This document shows positions 54,855 through 61,226 of a stretch of 61,226 bases of DNA, piece by piece. The DNA comes from Acutalibacteraceae bacterium (GTDB lineage Bacteria > Bacillota > Clostridia > Oscillospirales > Acutalibacteraceae): the NCBI GenBank assembly GCA_045594105.1, contig JAZNXY010000091.1, forward strand, positions 1-61,226. Direction: 5' to 3'. The notes under the pieces were generated by a model. That model worked only from the letters and a program-made list of their open reading frames with translations, made no database searches and had not been told where the DNA came from. Position numbers and translations under genes: made by a program. Position 1 is the stretch's first letter. Every line of letters starts with the position of its first letter.

Positions 54855-54889
54855 AAAAATCCCCTCGGATTGCTCCGAGGGGATTTTTT
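54855..54889. terminator. orphan bidirectional terminator at the compositional boundary
   Basis: 11-bp stem ATCCCCTCGGA / TCCGAGGGGAT with loop TTGC, flanked by A5 and T6 runs. It lies between divergent genes, so no gene in the window uses it. Confidence 0.7.
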
Positions 54890-55359
54890 CATATAGGATT
54901 CGTCTTAAGGAATGACTTATTTCATATCCTTAATAGCCGCCTGTGGTGTTATGCACAAAGTGCACCAATCAAAATTTGTGATTAATAGACATTTATAATA
55001 CTTTCGCAAGTTGTTCGGGGCTTAATAGCGTGCGCCGGGACTTGCGTTTGTGCATTTGCAAATAATTCTGCCGACTTTCCCTTTGGTTAATTGTTCGTTC
55101 GGGCGTTTGTGCGTAATCAATACATTAAGTAAAACAGCAATATTTTTCTGGGCAAAAGCTCATATTCATTATAGCTAATCCCTGGTTTTCTGACAATTGA
55201 CAAATTACACAAATATTACCGTAAAAGTTTAAACAAAAAGGAACTGGAGTTTTATGGTGATTTTATGGTAATATATTAATGTCATTAGGTGATTTTCAGG
55301 AGCGACAAATTAATATTGGCTAAAAGAAGTTTTAATAAAAATGTAAAGGAGCGTAAACT

Positions 55360-58300
55360 ATGAAGAAATTTATTAAACTAACATCGGTAATTCTCGCTTT
55401 AGTATTACTTATAGAGCTTTTTCCGATAAATGTTTTTTCGGCCGAACCTTCAGTCGATGAGGTTGTTCCGACGATTTCTTCAGAGGTTTCTCCTGAAACG
55501 TTTGCTCCTGCAGAACTTTTGCTTGAAGATACTTCAAAACGGGAGCAAAGCGTTAAACATTTTCGTATGAGCGATGGCACATACAGAGCAACCCAATATG
55601 ATATACCCGTTCATTTTATGCAAAATGACGAGTGGGTAGATTATGACAATACGCTCGTTGAAGTGGATGCCACAGAGGAAGAAAACGAAGGCAAAATATT
55701 TAAAAACAAGGATTTAAAAAACACCTTGGCAGATTATTCCGTTCGACTTTCAAAAAAGACAAACGGCCATAAATTTGTGCGCGTGGAAAAAGGCGGATAC
55801 AAATTATCCTGGCGTTATCTTAATACCAAAAAGGCTACCGCACAAATCACAGAATATTTTGACGATAACGATGCAACTACGCTCGAAAAAGTAGTTTCCC
55901 GTGTCGTTTATAACAATGTATATAAAAACATAGATTTTGAATACATCATCAGTTCTATTGGTGTTAAAGAAAATATAATAATTAACGCCACGGGCACCCA
56001 AAATGTTTTTACGGCGGAATACAAAGCCAACGAACTAACACCTGTTCTTATAGATGATACAACCATTGAGCTTATAGACAGCAACAATACTGTTGTTTAT
56101 GTAATCTCTGCTCCCTATATGAGGGATGCAAACGGAGAAATATCAACCGGTATAACCCTTACTGTTTCCTCGGTGCAAAACAATAAATTCACGGTAACAA
56201 CTACGTTAGATGAAGACTGGCTTTTAGATGAAAGCCGAGCATTTCCCGTGATTGTTGACCCTGTGCTGAACACAACCCAAGAATACGGAGAAACAGAATC
56301 GGCATTTGTCGGCGATGCAAATAAACAACTATGTTATTCAAATCAAAGCGGCGGAGCGGATAGCGGCAGCCTGTACGTAGGCAAAATCAGCGGTTATGGT
56401 ATGACCGAAAGCTATCTAAAAGTAAATAAACTACCTACTTTGGGTGTTGCGGATACTGTTGTTCAGGCGCAGATTGGATTGGTTTTAAAAAAATGCGAAT
56501 CGGGTTTGCGCATGGACGTTCACAGAATAAAAGCTTATTGGGGGTGGAATACGGTTACCTGGGATACAAGACCGGAATATGACAGCATGATACTTGACTA
56601 CAAAATGCTGGAAAGCGGCGATAACGGTCCTATCTATTTTGAAATAACCGATACAGTTCGCAGTTGGTATAGTGGAGAATACGAAAATTACGGCATTGCG
56701 CTTACCACCCAAAAAGCCACTTTGGCGAAGGCATGGATGTATTCGAGCAGAATTAATCAGAGTGATTTCCCCGGTTGCCGCCCTGTGCTTTTTATAGATT
56801 ATCGCAATATGTCGGGCTATGAGGATTATTGGTCATATACCAGCATTGAAGCTGGGAGAGGCGGCACGGCGAGTGTCAACAATTATAACGGTAATTTTGT
56901 TTTTTCGCAGCCTGTCACCCTGGATAACGGTGGAAATTTAATGCCGGTTTCTTTGGCAATTGTATATAATGCAAATGGTCAATTGGCGGAATACACATAT
57001 ATGGCAAAGAATATACAGACTAACTTCCATCTGTTTTTAAAATATGCCGAGTCAACAGCCGGGCAGGGCTATAAATATTTTTTTAACGATGCCGATGGTA
57101 CAAGGCACTATTTCAAGTTTGAGGGCAACAGTATTACAAATGGCAAGGACGAGGACGGTCTCGGTTACACGCTTGACGTGATAGACTTAGGCTCTGATTC
57201 AGTATGTCCGAATGCTCGTTTTAGAATTACAGATAAAAACAAAACAACAATGTTCTTTGACTATTGGGGCAAAGTCATTCAAATAACCGACCAAAATGCT
57301 GTTTCCGTAACTGTACAGTATGAAACCGTTGGTGAAGTCCGTATAAAATCCGTAACTGATGGAGCCGGACGAGTGTATTCTTTTACGTATCATTCGTATT
57401 ATCCCAATTTATGCACGGCGATTTCCGACCCGGCGGGAAGAACAACGACTTTTAATTATGGCGGAGGTGTTCTTAATTCTATAGATTTTCCCGATGATAA
57501 ATCTATTAATCTCGAATATACAAATTATGGGTTGTCGAGAATCATAGCTATCGATAATACACAGGCATCCATAGAATATGATTCTTCTGAGCAACAACGT
57601 GTGCAAGCTTTAAGCTGGGGACAATATAACGGAAACGCGCTTGAAAAATATACCTTTTCATACAAGCAAAATGAGACTACTGTGTGTGATAAACACGGCA
57701 GAGAATATACATATCAGTTTAACAATTATGCCCAAACAACAGGCATTGTATCAAAGGCAAACGGAAAAGCGCAGTATTTTGAATATTCTCCCGGTGGCAG
57801 CAACACCTCCACAGCAAATAAATTACTCTCACAGTCAAAGGTTATAAACACGATAACCAATCACATTGTTAACCCCGGATTTACTCGTGATCTAAACGGT
57901 ACTTATTTGACTTATATATCCGATGTGACGGGAACCCCTCACATTACACTACATAACGACGGCTGCTTCAGCCAAAAGTCTTTGGAGGTTTACAAGCCTG
58001 TCGAAAATACGGGCTATGCTCTGATTAGGCAGAATGTTTTGAGTATTGATAAAGGCACATACACCTTTTCGGGATACGTTTTTTCCTATAATCATCCGGA
58101 AACGGGTAACGGTATATATTTTGGAGTCACCATCTACAATTCCAACGGCGCTTATGAAAGAAGTTATTCTGCAAACGGACTGTACAAAACAAACGGCTGG
58201 GAGCGTGCCGATGTCACCTTCGAAGTGAATGAGGGTGAGCGCGCCCAGATTGTTATGGGGTTGTGGGGCAGCGGTTCGGGCGGCACAGTTTGGTTTGATG

Positions 58301-61226
58301 ATTTGCAACTTGAAAGCGGTACGAGTGCCAACAGTTGCAATCTTATTGAAAATAATAATTATGAAAACGGTGCTACCGGCTGGGAAAATGGCACAATCTC
58401 ACACTATGCAAATCTCCAAGGATTCCCGCGCTCCTTATGGATTGAAGGAAAAACTGACCCCGAAAACAAATGGAATACCATTCGTCAATATGTGCTAATC
58501 GACGAAGGAAAAACCGGAGATGTTTTCAGCTTTGGCGCGTGGGCAAAAGCAAACTCTGCGCCGCTGTATAATGGCACAAAAACAGGTGATTCTTGTGAAC
58601 CTGAATGTCATGTCGGTTTACATTTTTACAATAGCAGCGGTCAGTGGATGCAATCCGAATACATTCATTTAAACGAAGATATAAGTGCTTGGCAGTTTTT
58701 AGCAAGCGAAGCTGTAGCAAAACAGAATTATCATAAAATCAGAATAGACCTTACTTATAATAATAACGTTAACTATGCTTATATTACAGGTGCGTTTTGT
58801 TATCGAGAACAATTCGGTCAAACCTATACCTATGATAACAACGGCAATGTGGTGTCCTCTGTGGATCTAACAAGCTCGCAGTCTTCTTTTGCTCGTCAAA
58901 ACAACAAGCTGGCGGCTATGCTCAATCCATCGGGCAGTGAATATATATACTCTTATAATAAAACCACGGGCAATCTTTCGTATGCCACTTCAACCGATGG
59001 TGTACAGTATAGTTTCACTTATGATGGCGGCGGCAATCCTACAAATGCCACAATGAAATCCAAAAAGCTCGTCACAGAGTTTACGCAGAATACCGAATAT
59101 ATCATTCAAAATAAATATTCAGGAAACGTTATAGATGCCTATGGAGAAGGCAACACAACTATCGTAAACTTCAGTGATTATGGTAACAACGCATATCAAA
59201 AATGGATTTTTCAGCCTGTAAGCGGCGAAGAAGATGTATATTATATTTACAATAACCATACCCGCTCTTGGCTCTATGTCGTCGATACTGTCAACGCCAA
59301 TAATGCGAAATTGAAGCTTATAACCTACGGTGATGGTGACCGTTTCAAATTCAAGGTTGAGAAAAACAACGACGGCACATTTACCATTACCACAAAAGCA
59401 AGTGGTTATACCAAATGCATCGACGGTATGCCCGGGGACACAACCGACTGTTCAAACGATACTCCCATATTGCAGTATGAAACGGCAGATAATGATATGG
59501 GTCAACGGTGGTATTTCTTCAATCTGCCTGATAACACAAAATATATTTCAACGTCAGCTACCTACACCGAAAACGGAGATATAAGCGTCGCGACTGACCA
59601 ACTCGGAGAGACAACAACCTACCAATACGACCAAACAACCAATGCCCTCAGCTCGGTGACCGCGCCGAATGAAACGACCACAAGCTATAACTATGTTAAT
59701 AATTCCAATCAGCTCGCATCGGTACAAGTAAAAGATTCGTCAAATAACGTACGAATGACAAACAGTTATGATTATATCAATGACCGATTGTATTCCATCT
59801 CTGTTAACGGTGGCACAATATACCGATTCCGTTATGATTCATACGGTAGAAAAGAAGCTGTCTTCGTAGGCGATGACGATGCGTATTGGGAGTTATCCTC
59901 CACCGTCTATAATGACTATGGCTTGGTTGCGCGGCAAAACTACGCAAACGGCGATCATATCTACTACTCGTATGATAAAGATAACTTTGACCGGTTGACA
60001 GAAAAAGGATATAATAACGGTGTAGGGAAAAGCGCGAAATATAGCTATAGTTCAAATGGCTCTATTTCGCAAATAATCGACTATTTCTCCAACAGTCGAA
60101 CAAAATATGTATACGACCTTTCGGGCAGAATGGTGGGCGTACGGGAGTATTACGGCACCGCTCTGACAGGCAACTCCTTGCTGTCATCGCTGGAGTATAC
60201 CTATGCGGATAAAACCAATTATCTCACAAACGTGAAGTTCTATTCGCCTCTGGGCTCTCAAAATCTCTCTTTCCGCTACGGCAACATTGCTAACGGTGAA
60301 ATGCCCGATGCAGTCTATGCTGTTGGATTTGGCGGCAACGAAAAAATAACGTATACCTACGATTCGCTTGGCAGGCCTTCAAATAAGACCGTTAACGGAT
60401 TGGGAAACACCTATACGTATGTCAACGTAAATGATTCTAAAACGACTGCTCTTATTAGCTCTTTAACCACCGCTGTCGGAACATATACGTATACCTATGA
60501 CAGTTCAGGCAATATCACGTCAATAGTAGGCGCCGGTGAATCAAAGAGCTATGAATATGACAGCCTTGGTCAGCTTGTAAAAGAATACGACTTGACTGCA
60601 CACGCAATCTATACTTATGAATATGTAAACGGAAATATAGTCAGCAAAAAGAGATATGAATATTCACCTGTGGGCGCCCTTCTCGAAACGACTGACTGGA
60701 CCTATAATGATGATTGGAGAGATTTGCTCACAAGCTGGAACGGTCAATCCATTTCCTATGACACAATAGGCAACCCGTTAAACATAGGCGATACTGTGCT
60801 GTCCTGGTGCGGCAGACAGCTTATGACCCTGACGAAGGGTACGCAAAGCATAGAGTATAAATATAATGCAGACGGTCGTAGAATCAGTAAAATTGTCACC
60901 GATTCCGCTTCAGGTTCTGCAAACACTACCGAATATTATTATCTCGGCGCTATGCTGGCAGGCGAAAAACGGGGCAATAACACCATCGTTTATATGAACG
61001 ATAATAACGGTGATATTTATGGCTTTATATATAATGGCGATGAGTATTACTACGTTAAAAACGCACAAAACGACGTTATTGCAATAGCCGATGCATCAAA
61101 TAATATAAAAGTAAGATATTATTACGATGCTTGGGGGAATCTCATTAGTATGACCGACACCTCAACGGACGGTATTGGAACTATAAACCCGATTCGTTAT
61201 CGCGGTTATTATTATGATACCGAGAC
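55360..61226 (+). CDS. RHS/YD-repeat wall-associated (WapA-like) polymorphic toxin precursor; the C-terminal toxin domain lies beyond the right edge
   Basis: Absent from the track because it is open-ended. AAAGGAG RBS, then ATG 55360. My translation gives 1,955 uninterrupted codons. Features in order: signal peptide MKKFIKLTSVILALVLLIELFPINVFSA; a DNRLRE-like domain (...HRIKAYWGWNTVTWDTRPEY...); two CBM4_9-like modules (NHIVNPGF..., NLIENNNYENGATGWENG); a ricin-type QxW lectin (QKWIFQP, QRWYFF); many YD repeats (YTYDNNGNVVS, YTYDSLGRPSNK, YEYDSLGQLVKE...). The window ends in the RHS core motif IRYRGYYYDTE. Confidence 0.9.
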   Translation, partial: MKKFIKLTSVILALVLLIELFPINVFSAEPSVDEVVPTISSEVSPETFAPAELLLEDTSKREQSVKHFRMSDGTYRATQYDIPVHFMQNDEWVDYDNTLVEVDATEEENEGKIFKNKDLKNTLADYSVRLSKKTNGHKFVRVEKGGYKLSWRYLNTKKATAQITEYFDDNDATTLEKVVSRVVYNNVYKNIDFEYIISSIGVKENIIINATGTQNVFTAEYKANELTPVLIDDTTIELIDSNNTVVYVISAPYMRDANGEISTGITLTVSSVQNNKFTVTTTLDEDWLLDESRAFPVIVDPVLNTTQEYGETESAFVGDANKQLCYSNQSGGADSGSLYVGKISGYGMTESYLKVNKLPTLGVADTVVQAQIGLVLKKCESGLRMDVHRIKAYWGWNTVTWDTRPEYDSMILDYKMLESGDNGPIYFEITDTVRSWYSGEYENYGIALTTQKATLAKAWMYSSRINQSDFPGCRPVLFIDYRNMSGYEDYWSYTSIEAGRGGTASVNNYNGNFVFSQPVTLDNGGNLMPVSLAIVYNANGQLAEYTYMAKNIQTNFHLFLKYAESTAGQGYKYFFNDADGTRHYFKFEGNSITNGKDEDGLGYTLDVIDLGSDSVCPNARFRITDKNKTTMFFDYWGKVIQITDQNAVSVTVQYETVGEVRIKSVTDGAGRVYSFTYHSYYPNLCTAISDPAGRTTTFNYGGGVLNSIDFPDDKSINLEYTNYGLSRIIAIDNTQASIEYDSSEQQRVQALSWGQYNGNALEKYTFSYKQNETTVCDKHGREYTYQFNNYAQTTGIVSKANGKAQYFEYSPGGSNTSTANKLLSQSKVINTITNHIVNPGFTRDLNGTYLTYISDVTGTPHITLHNDGCFSQKSLEVYKPVENTGYALIRQNVLSIDKGTYTFSGYVFSYNHPETGNGIYFGVTIYNSNGAYERSYSANGLYKTNGWERADVTFEVNEGERAQIVMGLWGSGSGGTVWFDDLQLESGTSANSCNLIENNNYENGATGWENGTISHYANLQGFPRSLWIEGKTDPENKWNTIRQYVLIDEGKTGDVFSFGAWAKANSAPLYNGTKTGDSCEPECHVGLHFYNSSGQWMQSEYIHLNEDISAWQFLASEAVAKQNYHKIRIDLTYNNNVNYAYITGAFCYREQFGQTYTYDNNGNVVSSVDLTSSQSSFARQNNKLAAMLNPSGSEYIYSYNKTTGNLSYATSTDGVQYSFTYDGGGNPTNATMKSKKLVTEFTQNTEYIIQNKYSGNVIDAYGEGNTTIVNFSDYGNNAYQKWIFQPVSGEEDVYYIYNNHTRSWLYVVDTVNANNAKLKLITYGDGDRFKFKVEKNNDGTFTITTKASGYTKCIDGMPGDTTDCSNDTPILQYETADNDMGQRWYFFNLPDNTKYISTSATYTENGDISVATDQLGETTTYQYDQTTNALSSVTAPNETTTSYNYVNNSNQLASVQVKDSSNNVRMTNSYDYINDRLYSISVNGGTIYRFRYDSYGRKEAVFVGDDDAYWELSSTVYNDYGLVARQNYANGDHIYYSYDKDNFDRLTEKGYNNGVGKSAKYSYSSNGSISQIIDYFSNSRTKYVYDLSGRMVGVREYYGTALTGNSLLSSLEYTYADKTNYLTNVKFYSPLGSQNLSFRYGNIANGEMPDAVYAVGFGGNEKITYTYDSLGRPSNKTVNGLGNTYTYVNVNDSKTTALISSLTTAVGTYTYTYDSSGNITSIVGAGESKSYEYDSLGQLVKEYDLTAHAIYTYEYVNGNIVSKKRYEYSPVGALLETTDWTYNDDWRDLLTSWNGQSISYDTIGNPLNIGDTVLSWCGRQLMTLTKGTQSIEYKYNADGRRISKIVTDSASGSANTTEYYYLGAMLAGEKRGNNTIVYMNDNNGDIYGFIYNGDEYYYVKNAQNDVIAIADASNNIKVRYYYDAWGNLISMTDTSTDGIGTINPIRYRGYYYDTE

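Overview
This is a 61,226-bp chromosomal window from a Firmicute of class Clostridia. Protein sequences, the sporulation genes (pdaA, DUF1540) and an Rnf complex suggest an anaerobic, spore-forming Oscillospiraceae/Ruminococcaceae-like organism; that taxonomic call is inference only. From left to right the window contains: (1) a minus-strand block with an open-ended GH97 glycosidase, a Gfo/Idh/MocA oxidoreductase, an NMT1/THI5-type ABC importer and a TPP-riboswitch-controlled thiT; (2) plus-strand housekeeping genes pdaA, DUF1540, DUF1934-argS, a CPBP protease, tadA, serC-serA, ydcF, rpoB-rpoC and rpsL-rpsG-fusA-tuf; (3) a surface-protein gene (BspA-type LRR plus cell-wall-binding repeats) bracketed by two arrays of composite hairpin repeats; (4) tspO, then a tandem glycine riboswitch with an alanine/glycine:cation symporter; (5) tRNA-Pro(CGG) with a duplicated 3' end, next to an orphan 424-aa gene with an NDT/TIR-like N-domain and a helical-repeat C-domain; (6) PadR-DUF1700-DUF4097, a histidine phosphatase, a minus-strand malQ/PHP/AKR block, sstT and an MFS gene; (7) rnfCDGEAB followed by a DUF1312 / Gx-transporter / FMN-bind-like lipoprotein / ApbE / DUF1622 module; (8) a cyclase-family gene, then an abrupt switch to visibly A+T-rich DNA carrying an open-ended RHS/YD-repeat wall-associated toxin gene of more than 1,955 codons. 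Two open-ended genes (1-1892 minus, 55360-61226 plus) are absent from the supplied ORF track and were found by direct translation. Two gene-integrity anomalies stand out: an in-frame TAA inside tuf, and a start-codon/frame problem at serC. The items most worth a second look are the structure-conserving hairpin-repeat arrays around the LRR gene, the NDT-like/helical-repeat orphan at the tRNA-Pro hotspot, a two-member family of about 45-aa peptide genes, and an Rnf-linked putative extracytoplasmic flavinylation module whose lipoprotein has a variant AGCT motif. I saw no CRISPR array, IS element, integrase or rRNA.
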